DNA of 45,736 bases from Deltaproteobacteria bacterium (GTDB lineage: Bacteria; Myxococcota_A; Polyangia; HGW-17; SLPX01). The stretch's first letter is position 1. Each line of letters begins with the position of its first letter. Positions 15,360 to 24,979 of the stretch are shown here, piece after piece. The notes beneath the pieces were generated by a model. That model was not told where the DNA came from. It ran no database searches and saw nothing but the letters and a program-made list of their open reading frames with translations. The stretch lies in NCBI GenBank assembly GCA_021162935.1, contig JAGGXR010000102.1:1-45736 (forward strand), in the 5' to 3' direction. Made by a program: the position numbers and the translations under genes.

Positions 15360-16283
15360 ATCCAAAGGAGACGTCCGGGGGCGCCCGGCGATCCAAAACA
15401 CCCGCGTCGCAGCCGACTCGTCATCGATGAAGGCATCGATTCGGTAGATCCCCGGGCAGTATCCCAGAGCCGGCCTTGGCAAGGTAAATGTGTAGCGACG
15501 ACTCTGCTTGAGAACCAACGACGGACTTTCTGCGAAAAAATGGAACGCCCCGTCCACGCCCGCGCGTTTCCACACGATTCGGAGGTGCTTGCCCGCCAAT
15601 GGATTGAGCACCTCGACACGACAGGAAACGGGCGCCGTCGTCCCCATCGAAACCGGCCATGCTTCGCTGCCGCATTGGATGCGGTACTCGGTCTTCGCAG
15701 ACACCTCGAATCGGACCTTGGCCACCACCTTGCCATCGAGGGTGGTGATCACCTCGTAGTGACCCGATGGCCAGGGACCTCGGCGACGCGTGGCTCCGAA
15801 CGTAACCCGGCCGGTTCCATCCACCACCTTGAGTCCAGTACGGAACAGCCAGGGCTTCCCATGTTTTTGCTTGGCTTCTCTTTTTGTCTGCTGTGTCCGT
15901 TTCATTTTGGGGAATGCGTTGGCTGCCAGGGGGCGCTTGTCCAGGAAATACCACCGGACACGCACCTCAGACTCAGGCTCGAGATTTTCGTAGACGACTG
16001 CCGTGACGAGCCGGTCCTGCAGCGGACTGAACGTGGCAACGACGAGGCCGAGAGTCTTGGTTTGCGGATCAAAGGATCCGTGCATCGTCACGGATCGGAT
16101 CCGACCAGGCTCCAAGTTGCAATGGCACCGAAAACCGAACCCGCCGGTCCATGCCAAGACGACCAAGAGGACCTCCATGAACACCGTGGTGCAGAGCGGA
16201 TTCGACAGCCGCCGAAAATGTGGAAGGCCGGGGCTCGTCCCGCGCTGGATGCATGGTCTTCGTTGTTCCAATGGTTCGTTCAT
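15345..16283 (-). CDS. hypothetical secreted protein
   Basis: A 312-aa ORF with an N-terminal hydrophobic segment (MEVLLVVLAWTGG, alternative ATG at 16178). No recognised family. Its 3' end overlaps the TPR gene by 15 nt (convergent). Confidence 0.35.
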   Translation of the reverse strand: MNEPLEQRRPCIQRGTSPGLPHFRRLSNPLCTTVFMEVLLVVLAWTGGFGFRCHCNLEPGRIRSVTMHGSFDPQTKTLGLVVATFSPLQDRLVTAVVYENLEPESEVRVRWYFLDKRPLAANAFPKMKRTQQTKREAKQKHGKPWLFRTGLKVVDGTGRVTFGATRRRGPWPSGHYEVITTLDGKVVAKVRFEVSAKTEYRIQCGSEAWPVSMGTTAPVSCRVEVLNPLAGKHLRIVWKRAGVDGAFHFFAESPSLVLKQSRRYTFTLPRPALGYCPGIYRIDAFIDDESAATRVFWIAGRPRTSPLDSAKQ

Positions 16284-16381
16284 GATTCCAGACGCTAGCA
16301 GAGTCGGGTCTGCGTCACAACCCCAAGACAGATGTGGTGGTGCTACCGGCTGGTCGAGTGGATGAGTGGATGTACGTGCTG

Positions 16382-16408
16382 AACAAAACAGCTGTTTTGT
16401 TATATAAT
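16382..16408. promoter_or_regulatory. 20-bp perfect palindrome AACAAAACAGCTGTTTTGTT directly abutting a consensus -10 hexamer TATAAT
   Basis: Read from the sequence. The palindrome is 16382-16401 and TATAAT is 16403-16408, about 90 nt upstream of the lipoprotein gene that starts at 16500. Confidence 0.6.
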
Positions 16409-16499
16409 AGCTTTCGCCCGGACTGTCGAATCACGTCGAAGCCATATTTTGGGCTGATGTATTGGCCCATGGTCCGCGTATGAACGAGGAGGTTGTGGT

Positions 16500-18260
16500 A
16501 TGTTGCGTCACGAAACGCATCGTCGATGGAATTTGTTGTTGGGACTGCTGACGGCTTGCGGAGTCATCGTAGCTTCGGGCTGTGACCTTGGAGTCGTTGC
16601 GCTCCACAAGGGCGGCGATGGCAGCACCACCCAAGATGGTGGTCCGATCATTGATGGCGGATTGAATGATGGTTCGTTGCTGGACGCGGCGATTGTCGCC
16701 TGCGACAAAAACGAGGATTGCGACGACAGCAATGCCTGCACCACCGAGTCCTGTGGCGACGATTCGATCTGTCACTATTCGCCTGTTTCTTGCGACGATT
16801 CGGATGGCTGCACCAAGGACATCTGTGACCCGGATGCCGGCTGCCACCACGAGGACGCCTGCGACACGAACGCCGTCTGCGTGGACTCCGCCTGTCAATG
16901 CAACCATGGCTTTTCCGGTGATGGAACCACATGTCAGGACATCGACGAATGCGCCACGAGTCAGGCGGGCTGTGACGCCCATGCCACGTGTGCGAACACC
17001 GAGGGGAGTTTCACCTGCACCTGCAACGACGGCTGGCACGGCGACGGGTTTACCTGCAGCCAGACGCTTTGTGCCGATGGAATCTGCGAAGAGGGGGAGA
17101 ACGTGGCGTCCTGCCCCCAAGACTGCGACTACGACCTGGTGGTCCTGGTGGAACAGAGCCTTTCATCCTCGCTCAACAGTGCGCTCCAGCGGTACGTAAG
17201 CGACACGGCGACAGCGAATTGGAAAGTGCGCATCGAGACCTGGTCCGGTGGGGACGTGGGTGCGCTCAAGAATCTCATCCATCAACAGTTCGATGACTAT
17301 GCGATCGAAGGAGCCTGGCTCATTGGGAACTTGCCGGCCGCCTGGTACGAACGCACGTCCTTTGAATCGCCCGAAGAGTTTCCCACAGATATCTTCCTCG
17401 AAACCATGGACGCCACATGGACCGACCAAGACAACGACGGAAAGTACGATGCCCACGGGGATCTCGTGCTGGACATCTACACGTCTCGGCTCATCACGGG
17501 ATCGGCGGCCGAATATCAGGCCTATTTCGACAAGGATCACGACTATCGAACGAACGGATCCCTGGCCAGGAAGGCAGCGTTTCTGTTCTTCGATGACGAC
17601 TGGTCGAGTAACGCGAACACCTTCGGCCTCGATGGTCTCTACGGCACCATCGACATGCTGTCCGACACGAGCGAGACCACGAAGGCCGCCTACATCAGCG
17701 AAATGACTGGTCCTGGAGCAGAGTTCGTGTACCAGTGGATCCATGCGACCCCTACGTTCATGCGTGTGAGCGGAACCGGTGGCGGCGATATCCGCGTGTC
17801 GGACATTGCGGCAGGCAACTACCAAGGGTCCTTTTTCGATCTGTTCGATTGTTCCGCGTCGCGATTTACCGGCACGAATCTGGCGAGTACGTATCTGCTC
17901 AAGACCGATGATGGGTTGGCGACCGTCGGGACCACTAAAATCGGAGGCATGTACTCTCCATCTCATTTCTTCGACCCGTTGGTACAGGGTCATCCTTGGG
18001 GCGAAGCTTTCTTGACCTGGTACAACCAGACGGGCAGACTGAGTGATGAATGGCACCTCGGAATGATGATCCAGGGGGACCCCCTGCTCACCATCGACAA
18101 GGACCCGAATGCGCCGTCCGTGCCCACGACTCCGCAGGTCTGGACCCTGGATCAACTCCAACACCTCCGGCGCATCATGGTGCGCCATGCGGCGCAGGCA
18201 CAACTGGACAGCTTTGATGACTACCAGGCCGACCATCCCGAGTTCTTTCCTCGATACTGA
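16500..18260 (+). CDS. lipoprotein with EGF-like/calcium-binding-EGF-like Cys modules and a ~400-aa C-terminal domain of unknown function (possibly a clan-CD-like peptidase fold)
   Basis: Lipoprotein signal LLGLLTACG (lipobox LTAC). EGF-like module DIDECATSQAGCDAHATCANTEGSFTCTCNDGWHGDGFTC plus further Cys modules. GGAGG RBS. The C-terminal domain contains ..IHATPTFMRVSGTGGG.. and ..FFDLFDCSASRFTG.. about 45 aa apart. Confidence 0.6.
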   Translation: MLRHETHRRWNLLLGLLTACGVIVASGCDLGVVALHKGGDGSTTQDGGPIIDGGLNDGSLLDAAIVACDKNEDCDDSNACTTESCGDDSICHYSPVSCDDSDGCTKDICDPDAGCHHEDACDTNAVCVDSACQCNHGFSGDGTTCQDIDECATSQAGCDAHATCANTEGSFTCTCNDGWHGDGFTCSQTLCADGICEEGENVASCPQDCDYDLVVLVEQSLSSSLNSALQRYVSDTATANWKVRIETWSGGDVGALKNLIHQQFDDYAIEGAWLIGNLPAAWYERTSFESPEEFPTDIFLETMDATWTDQDNDGKYDAHGDLVLDIYTSRLITGSAAEYQAYFDKDHDYRTNGSLARKAAFLFFDDDWSSNANTFGLDGLYGTIDMLSDTSETTKAAYISEMTGPGAEFVYQWIHATPTFMRVSGTGGGDIRVSDIAAGNYQGSFFDLFDCSASRFTGTNLASTYLLKTDDGLATVGTTKIGGMYSPSHFFDPLVQGHPWGEAFLTWYNQTGRLSDEWHLGMMIQGDPLLTIDKDPNAPSVPTTPQVWTLDQLQHLRRIMVRHAAQAQLDSFDDYQADHPEFFPRY

Positions 18261-18287
18261 TCGAAGACAATCCGTCAGGAGGGTGCA

Positions 18288-19520
18288 GTGACGACACGTC
18301 AACTGAAACTTGTATTCGTTGGATGGGAGGGCAAAAATCTGTGGGCCGATGCCACGGCGCGCGGATGGACGTCCCTTCTGCATGGCGCACCAGTGGGAAT
18401 CAAGGTCGTGGGAAGAGGGCCCACCATTGATCCATCCATTTCGTCTCAAGGAGCATGGGCGAGCGCTTCGATTTCGGGAGACCCGCACGGTTCCTCGCCG
18501 AATATGGCCTCGATATCCGAGGTCTGGGACAAAACCGCTGCCTCGGTGCTTCTGGTTCGGCCCGGGACGCCTCCGCCCAATGGAGCATTTCTTGGATCCT
18601 TGCTCAGTGGGCTACTCGATCTGTCTCTTCCAGATGGTCGGGCACCTGGCTCGGTGCGGCAATGGGCGCAGATGGCGGTGACCGCAATGAAAAGTCGCGG
18701 CTTGGCGTTGGGATCGACGGTCACGGCGCGCGAGGTGCCTTCCTGGCCGGCCTGGCTCCAGCATCTGGTGGTCGGCGGGTCGCAGCCCGACACCGTATGG
18801 TCTTCCACGAATCGGGACGATCGAGGATCCTCGGCGGGTCAAACAGGTGCTGGATGGCTCGATCCGTCGTGGGCCTGTCGTCCTGCGGATCCAGGGGCTG
18901 TGGGCGCCTTTGCCTCCATGCATGGATTCGATGTCGATGGCTACACCGCGCTGGCTCCTGGGCGGCTCGATGCTCACAACCCGGCGTTTCCCGTAGCACT
19001 GGCCAGGGTGGCTGACTACCTGACCGCGGAACGAGGTCTGCCATGCATCCTCCTCGGCAGTGATGCCGCAGAGGTTTGTTCCTGTGCGTCGGTGGCTCGA
19101 TCCAGCCGGATTCGACACGACGTGTTCGGCCCCATGGATCTCGACGCCCCGATGTCCATGGCCCTCGTCCGTCACGCACAACTCCTGGTGGGGCCTGCAT
19201 CCTGGGCGCGGTCCTGGGCCCTGCGCCTCGCAGTGCCCACCGTGCCCATGACACAGACAGACCCAGGATGGATCTGGCCGGATTCCTTGGAACCGCTGGC
19301 CGAAGCGCCTAAACCCAACGAAGCTCCCTGGTGGACGGCCCTGGACCGACTCTTCGACGATTGGAGGATCCGGACGGATCTGCTCGCTGCCATGGAAACC
19401 TCCTGCTTGCTCGGCCTGGACGAACTGGCCAGGCTGGTTTCGTGGGTGCGCAGCCGACTCGATGTACCCAACGACGCTCCGTTCCGTGCGTTACTTCCAG
19501 CCTTTGTGGCTGATCCATAG
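18288..19520 (+). CDS. hypothetical protein, probably co-transcribed with the lipoprotein gene
   Basis: GTG start with GGAGGG 5 nt upstream, only 27 nt after the upstream stop. Weak resemblance of the C-terminal part (GSDAAE...LLVGPASWARSWALRLAVPTVPM) to GT-B/heptosyltransferase C-termini. Not a confident call. Confidence 0.35.
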   Translation: MTTRQLKLVFVGWEGKNLWADATARGWTSLLHGAPVGIKVVGRGPTIDPSISSQGAWASASISGDPHGSSPNMASISEVWDKTAASVLLVRPGTPPPNGAFLGSLLSGLLDLSLPDGRAPGSVRQWAQMAVTAMKSRGLALGSTVTAREVPSWPAWLQHLVVGGSQPDTVWSSTNRDDRGSSAGQTGAGWLDPSWACRPADPGAVGAFASMHGFDVDGYTALAPGRLDAHNPAFPVALARVADYLTAERGLPCILLGSDAAEVCSCASVARSSRIRHDVFGPMDLDAPMSMALVRHAQLLVGPASWARSWALRLAVPTVPMTQTDPGWIWPDSLEPLAEAPKPNEAPWWTALDRLFDDWRIRTDLLAAMETSCLLGLDELARLVSWVRSRLDVPNDAPFRALLPAFVADP

Positions 19521-19525
19521 GAGGC

Positions 19526-19574
19526 TGTTCAGAATAGGGTAAGCCAATTTGGCGCCTCGAGGCGCCCGTCTGGC
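19526..19574. repeat. copy A of a ~48-nt conserved extragenic element (TGTTCARAATAG..GCCAATTTGG-hairpin-CCCGTCTGGC)
   Basis: Begins 6 nt after the stop codon at 19518-19520. Contains the perfect 16-bp palindrome GGCGCCTCGAGGCGCC. A second copy is at 24021-24068. Confidence 0.7.
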
Positions 19575-19672
19575 CCTGGGCGGGCCGGTGACGTATAGTA
19601 AGGACGTAGAGACGCTTGGGGCGATGTCGGTCGTTGCGGCCGACGGCCCCATACACGGAGGCGACGTGACCC

Positions 19673-20689
19673 ATGGCTGGCCGGAGGAGACGGTTCCGAT
19701 GGCGGTTCGTTCTGGTGGCATTGCTGGTCGCCTTGCTGCTCCATGCCGTTTTATTCGTGTCGGGCTGGTACGTAATAAATCGGTGGGGCCTGGGCGGCGA
19801 CAAATCCTACCGGGTCCATGAGTTCAACGTGAACATCGAAGAGACGATTCCAAAACCGGGCGAGACACCTCGTCCGGACCATCAGATCGTCACCATCACG
19901 CCGCCAAAGCACGAGCAAAAACCGAGCAAGGCACGATTTTTCAGTGAGTTCGACTCCAAGGTAAAGAGGGAATCCAAGGCGCCAGGACGCAAAGCAACCA
20001 AGGTGCTGACCCAAGAATCAGCCCATAGGGTCGGCACCGGTCGTCGTGGGCCATCCGGACCTCCGGCCCCATCCTCGAACCCGAACCAGGGAACCGCCAC
20101 GGTTCCTCCGTCGCCACTGGCCATGAGACCCGGGCGCCAGACCCGACCTGGTTTGGAGGCACCACGCCGTCCTGGTGAGAATCGTCCCAAGGGCGGTCGG
20201 GTCGGACATCGCCTGACGCGGAAGAATCTGGCCCTGTCGGATCGGGCCCTAGCCTCAGCCATTGGGTCCGCCTTCCCCGACGCACTCAAGAACGTCCCCG
20301 AGGGGGCAAAGACCCTGCTCGATACGAAGCGCTGGCGCTTCGCCTCGTTCTTCAACCGCGTCAAGGGCGCGGTGGCACAGCAATGGCAGCCGGGAAAAGT
20401 ATACCGTCGGGTGGACCCGACCGGCGAGATCTACGGGGACGCCTCTCGATTGACCATCGTCAAGGTTTGGCTGTATCCCGACGGGCGGCTCAAGAACATC
20501 GTGATCCAAAAACCCTGCGGCATCGATGCTTTGGACGACGAGGCGATTCGAGCCTTCAAGGCGGCGGCACCGTTTCCAAATCCGCCGCGGCGTCTCGTGG
20601 ATTCGCATACCAGGCTCATCTCGTTCCGTTTTGGTTTCATGTTGGAGATCACCAAGGGACCGCTGTTCAAGGTGTTTCGCTACCATTAG
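19673..20689 (+). CDS. TonB-family protein (N-terminal membrane anchor, Pro/basic-rich spacer, TonB C-terminal domain)
   Basis: Anchor [20 protein letters not shown] Pro-rich linker. The C-terminus ...[55 protein letters not shown] matches the TonB_C pattern. Confidence 0.6.
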   Translation: MAGRRRRFRWRFVLVALLVALLLHAVLFVSGWYVINRWGLGGDKSYRVHEFNVNIEETIPKPGETPRPDHQIVTITPPKHEQKPSKARFFSEFDSKVKRESKAPGRKATKVLTQESAHRVGTGRRGPSGPPAPSSNPNQGTATVPPSPLAMRPGRQTRPGLEAPRRPGENRPKGGRVGHRLTRKNLALSDRALASAIGSAFPDALKNVPEGAKTLLDTKRWRFASFFNRVKGAVAQQWQPGKVYRRVDPTGEIYGDASRLTIVKVWLYPDGRLKNIVIQKPCGIDALDDEAIRAFKAAAPFPNPPRRLVDSHTRLISFRFGFMLEITKGPLFKVFRYH

Positions 20690-20828
20690 CCGCGGCATGA
20701 CATCTCAGCCAACGACCCGGTCGATTCCATTGCAACGGCGCTGGGACATCCCAAAAAAAAGCTGCCGGTCCATTGGTAATCGAGGTAAACTCGCTTTGAA
20801 TTTTTTCGGCCGACCACGGAGGTTCCAC

Positions 20829-22904
20829 ATGGCGAAGACGCAGACCGATGTCAACAAGTTGATTGCTGAAATCGCAAAGAGGCAGAATGTCGCCGAGTAT
20901 CAGGATTTGCACTGGCAAGGATCTTTTGCAGACTATCTCGAATTGGTTTCACAGAACCCGGCAGTCATTCGGACGGCATTCCAACGGATCTACGACATGA
21001 TCCTGTCCTATGGGCAGGAGGAATACATCGACCACAAGAAAAAGATCGTGGTCTACAACTTCTTCAAGGACGAACTCAATCAGGGTAATGACGCCATTTT
21101 CGGGCTGGACATTTCCCTGATGCGGCTGGTAAACGTGATAAAAAGCGCTGCCCATGGTTACGGCCCCGAACGCCGTGTCATCCTGCTGCACGGCCCCGTG
21201 GGAAGCTCCAAGTCCACCATCGTCCGACTCCTCAAGAAGGGTCTAGAGAATTACTCAAGAACACCAGCAGGTCGTCTGTTCACCTTCGAGTGGGTGCTTC
21301 CGCCCGAACTCAAGCACATTTCCGGTGGGATCGAGCATTACGCCTGCCCGATGCACGAAGAGCCGCTCCACCTCATTCCCGAGGACCAGCGGGACCAGGT
21401 GTTGTCGGATCTCGTCGCCAATCCGAGCCGGTACAAGTATTCCCTACACGTAGAGGGAGAACTCGATCCGTCCTGCCGACAGATCTATCGTGATTTGATG
21501 GCCCACTACAAGGGGGACTGGTCCAAGGTGGTGTCTCACGTCAAGGTGAAGCGCCTGGTGATGAGTGAGAAAGACCGCGTGGGCATCGGCACGTTCCAAC
21601 CCAAGGATGAGAAAAACCAGGACTCGACCGAACTGACAGGAGACATCAACTATCGCAAGATTGCCGAATTCGGGTCGGACAGTGACCCCAGGGCGTTCAA
21701 CTTCGATGGCGAATTCAACATTGCAAACCGGGGCATCGTGGAGTTCATCGAAATTTTGAAGTTGGACGTGGCGTTCCTCTACGACCTGCTCGGAGCAACG
21801 CAGGAACACAAGATCAAGCCGAAGAAGTTCGCCCAGACCGATATCGATGAGGTCATCATCGGGCACACGAACGAGGCCGAATACCGAAAGCTCCTCAACA
21901 ACGAATTCATGGAGGCGCTCAGGGACCGGACCATCAAAGTTGACGTTCCGTACATCACGAGGTTTTCCGAGGAAACGAAAATTTACACGAAGGACTATGC
22001 GACCGACAAAATTCGAGGCAAACACATCGCGCCACACACGCTGGAAATGGCAGCCATGTGGGCCGTGCTGACCCGACTCGAACAACCCAAACGCAGCGAC
22101 GTCACGCTGCTACAGAAACTCAAGCTATACGATGGCAAGCTGCTGCCCGGATTCACCCAGGACCACGTCAAGGAATTGCGCAAGGAGACGACCCACGAAG
22201 CCATGGAAGGAATCTCGCCCCGGTACATCCAGGACAAGCTCTCCAATGCCCTGGTGTCCGAAAAATCCGAGGGCTGCATCAACCCGTTCATGGTTCTTCG
22301 AGAGCTGGAGAGTGGCCTGAAGCACCACAGTCTCATCACGTCCGAAGAAGAACGCGAGCGGTATCGCGAACTGCTATCCGTGGTCAAACAGGAATACGAG
22401 GAGCTCGTAAAAAATGAGGTGCAACGTGCCGTCAGTGCAGATGAACGAGCCATCGAGACGCTGTGCGACAACTACCTGGAAAACGTCAAGGCCTATACCC
22501 AGGAAGAACGGGTCAAGGACCGGTACACGGGTGAGAGTCGTGAACCCGATGAGCACCTGATGCGTTCCATCGAAGAAAAGATCGACATCGCCGAGAGTCG
22601 CAAAGACGATTTTCGGCTGGAACTCATGAAGTACATCGGCGCCTTGAGCCTGGAAGGGAAGAAGTTCGACTACAAGAGCAACGAGCGACTCCGGCGTGCA
22701 TTGGAGCTCAAGCTATTCGAGGATCGCAAGGATGCCATCAAACTGTCGAGCGTGGTGTCGTCGGTGGTGGATCGCGAGGATCAGGCCAAAATCGACGTGA
22801 TCAAGAACCGGATGATCCGCCAGTACGGCTATTGTGAAATCTGTTCCACGGATGTCCTGAACTACGTGGCATCCATCTTTGCCCGAGGCGACGCCAAGGA
22901 ATAG
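20829..22904 (+). CDS. prkA: PrkA-family serine protein kinase (AAA+ N-terminal domain), YeaG ortholog
   Basis: [48 protein letters not shown]... with a Walker A motif [11 protein letters not shown]. About 690 aa. GGAGG RBS 6 nt before the ATG at 20829. The ORF track's upstream extension from 20526 has no support. Confidence 0.85.
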   Translation: MAKTQTDVNKLIAEIAKRQNVAEYQDLHWQGSFADYLELVSQNPAVIRTAFQRIYDMILSYGQEEYIDHKKKIVVYNFFKDELNQGNDAIFGLDISLMRLVNVIKSAAHGYGPERRVILLHGPVGSSKSTIVRLLKKGLENYSRTPAGRLFTFEWVLPPELKHISGGIEHYACPMHEEPLHLIPEDQRDQVLSDLVANPSRYKYSLHVEGELDPSCRQIYRDLMAHYKGDWSKVVSHVKVKRLVMSEKDRVGIGTFQPKDEKNQDSTELTGDINYRKIAEFGSDSDPRAFNFDGEFNIANRGIVEFIEILKLDVAFLYDLLGATQEHKIKPKKFAQTDIDEVIIGHTNEAEYRKLLNNEFMEALRDRTIKVDVPYITRFSEETKIYTKDYATDKIRGKHIAPHTLEMAAMWAVLTRLEQPKRSDVTLLQKLKLYDGKLLPGFTQDHVKELRKETTHEAMEGISPRYIQDKLSNALVSEKSEGCINPFMVLRELESGLKHHSLITSEEERERYRELLSVVKQEYEELVKNEVQRAVSADERAIETLCDNYLENVKAYTQEERVKDRYTGESREPDEHLMRSIEEKIDIAESRKDDFRLELMKYIGALSLEGKKFDYKSNERLRRALELKLFEDRKDAIKLSSVVSSVVDREDQAKIDVIKNRMIRQYGYCEICSTDVLNYVASIFARGDAKE

Positions 22905-22913
22905 CAGGAACTC

Positions 22914-24014
22914 ATGGCTGAACGCATCGACATCGACCGAAGGCGCTTTCGCCAAATCGTCCGGGGCAAGATCAAGGAGAACCTCCGCAAGTACATCAGC
23001 CGCGGAGATCTCATCGCCCCGAAGGGCAAGGATCGCGTCTCCATTCCCATGCCCCAAATCAACATTCCCAAGTTTCGCTATGGAGGTGAAAAGGGGGTCG
23101 GTCAGGGCAAGGGCGACGTGGGCGACCCCGTTGGCGAGGGAGACAAGGGACAGGGCAAGGGCAAAGCCGGCGAACAGCCCGGACAGCACGAACTCGAAGT
23201 GGAATTCACGGTCGAAGAACTGGCGGCATTACTCGGAGAGGAACTCGCCCTGCCCAACATCCAGCCCAAAGGCGTACACCAACTCGAAACGATCAAAGAA
23301 CGCTATACCGGAATTCGGCAGACCGGGCCCGAGTCGCTGCGTCACTTCAAACGGACCTTCAAACGGGCACTGAAGCGGCAGATCGCATCGGGGACCTATC
23401 GACCAGAGAGTCCCATCATCATCCCGATCCGCGAGGACAAACGATATCGTTCCTGGAAGACGGAAACGCTGCCTCAGTCCAATGCGGTCATCATCTACAT
23501 GATGGACGTCTCTGGCTCCATGGGGGACGAGCAGAAAGAAATCGTTCGAATCGAATCCTACTGGATCGACGCCTGGCTCAGGACCCAGTACCGAGGCATC
23601 GAGTCCCGCTACATCATCCACGACGCCAAAGCCAAAGAGGTGGACCGGGAGACGTTCTTTCGAACGAGAGAGTCGGGGGGCACCATGATTTCGAGTGCCT
23701 ACAAGCTCTGTCAAAAAATCATTCTGCAGGACTACCCGGCAGGATTGTGGAACATCTACCCCTTCCATTTCTCGGACGGGGACAACTGGTCCGGCGACGA
23801 CACGTCGGTCTGTCTGCAACTTCTGGACAAAGAACTTTTGGGCCAGGTCAACATGTTCTGCTACGGCCAGGTCAAGAGTCCGTACGGATCGGGGCAGTTC
23901 ATCAAAGATCTCCGGAAGCAGTTTCCCGAACACGACAGTCTCATCACGTCGGAGATTCGGGACAGGGACGCCATCGTGGACTCCATCCGGGATTTCCTGA
24001 GCAAGGGAAAATAA
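22914..24014 (+). CDS. yhbH: YhbH/YeaH family protein (DUF444, vWA-like), partner of PrkA
   Basis: Starts 10 nt after the prkA stop. Has the conserved [10 protein letters not shown] vWA-MIDAS-like motif and the Gly-rich/basic N-terminal region typical of YeaH/YhbH. Confidence 0.8.
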   Translation: MAERIDIDRRRFRQIVRGKIKENLRKYISRGDLIAPKGKDRVSIPMPQINIPKFRYGGEKGVGQGKGDVGDPVGEGDKGQGKGKAGEQPGQHELEVEFTVEELAALLGEELALPNIQPKGVHQLETIKERYTGIRQTGPESLRHFKRTFKRALKRQIASGTYRPESPIIIPIREDKRYRSWKTETLPQSNAVIIYMMDVSGSMGDEQKEIVRIESYWIDAWLRTQYRGIESRYIIHDAKAKEVDRETFFRTRESGGTMISSAYKLCQKIILQDYPAGLWNIYPFHFSDGDNWSGDDTSVCLQLLDKELLGQVNMFCYGQVKSPYGSGQFIKDLRKQFPEHDSLITSEIRDRDAIVDSIRDFLSKGK

Positions 24015-24020
24015 AAAGGG

Positions 24021-24068
24021 TGTTCAAAATAGCGTTGCCAATTTGGGGCACCGAGGCCCCCGTCTGGC
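24021..24068. repeat. copy B of the ~48-nt conserved extragenic element
   Basis: Begins 6 nt after the yhbH stop (24012-24014). About 85% identical to copy A over 48 nt, with a compensatory base-pair change in the hairpin (GGcGC..GCgCC versus GGgGC..GCcCC). Confidence 0.7.
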
Positions 24069-24445
24069 ACGAAACGACGAGGGCACGTGCTGGCAAAAGC
24101 ACGCAACCGAGGAGCTACAACGCCAGACAGGCTGGATCGCGGTCCCAAATGACACTTTTATTCTGATCAGCCGACTCATGGGGCTCGCGGTCGATTGGTC
24201 AGTGGTCACGGTGGTCACCAGGGCCGATGCAACCGAGGGCTGGACCGACCCCGATAGCGTGCTTATGTTTTGCATGTCGAACACTCGCCATGATCCGGCC
24301 CAGTCGGACAGGATCGCCTTCGGGCTGTGACTGGTGACGATCATGAGCCGGAATATCAGGTGTCTTACGATGCGACAAAGAATTGCCCCGACATCGAGCA
24401 CGGACATGCTCGTGAATCGGGGTGGCTCAGTAAGGAGTGACCAGA

Positions 24446-24979
24446 ATGGGATCGAAGCCCCAGGCACGCCAGGACCAGAGAAGCCAAAACAAAGGCCCCC
24501 TGCCGAACGACGCCACGTCGAACCAAATTGATTCGGAACGCGACGCCTATGTGCGGCTGCTCGCGGATTTCGAAAACTATCGACGGAATGCCGAATCTCG
24601 CTTGCAATCGTCCCGGCAACGGGGAGAAGATGACATGCTACAGCAACTCATCCCAGCGATTGCGGACCTGGAACAGGCGGTCCAAACCAAGACTCACGAC
24701 GCCGAAGCCCTGCGCCATGGAGTCGATCTGGCCCTGAGAAAGCTGGAATCCATTCTGGCGGGCCTGGGCTACGAACGGATCAAGACGAAAGGCCAACTCA
24801 TGGACCCAACCCTCCACGAGGCCATCGCCGCCCGACCGGCGCCTAAAATCCATGGAACCATTATCGACGAAGTCACCCCAGGTTACCGGCGAAATGGTCG
24901 TCTGGTGGTAGCGCCCAAGGTCGTGGTGTCAAGCGGGCCGGCGGGACCGGCCGACGCAAAAGGAGGTGATCCCAGGTGA
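24446..24979 (+). CDS. grpE: nucleotide exchange factor GrpE
   Basis: Signature [10 protein letters not shown]-like segment ([13 protein letters not shown]). AAGGAG RBS 8 nt before the ATG at 24446. The track's GTG at 24437 overlaps the RBS. Confidence 0.85.
   Translation: MGSKPQARQDQRSQNKGPLPNDATSNQIDSERDAYVRLLADFENYRRNAESRLQSSRQRGEDDMLQQLIPAIADLEQAVQTKTHDAEALRHGVDLALRKLESILAGLGYERIKTKGQLMDPTLHEAIAARPAPKIHGTIIDEVTPGYRRNGRLVVAPKVVVSSGPAGPADAKGGDPR

Noticed and set aside
24055-24085. Sigma54-type promoter (TGGCAC-N5-TTGCA) inside element copy B (CTGGCACGAAACGACGA).
   Set aside because: Only the -24 TGGCAC half matches. The -12 GC dinucleotide is absent. Copy A lacks TGGCAC altogether.
24043-24330. 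95-aa ORF inside the long grpE leader, starting within element copy B.
   Set aside because: GC3 is lower than in flanking genes, there is no RBS, and the start codon lies inside the conserved hairpin. More likely non-coding.
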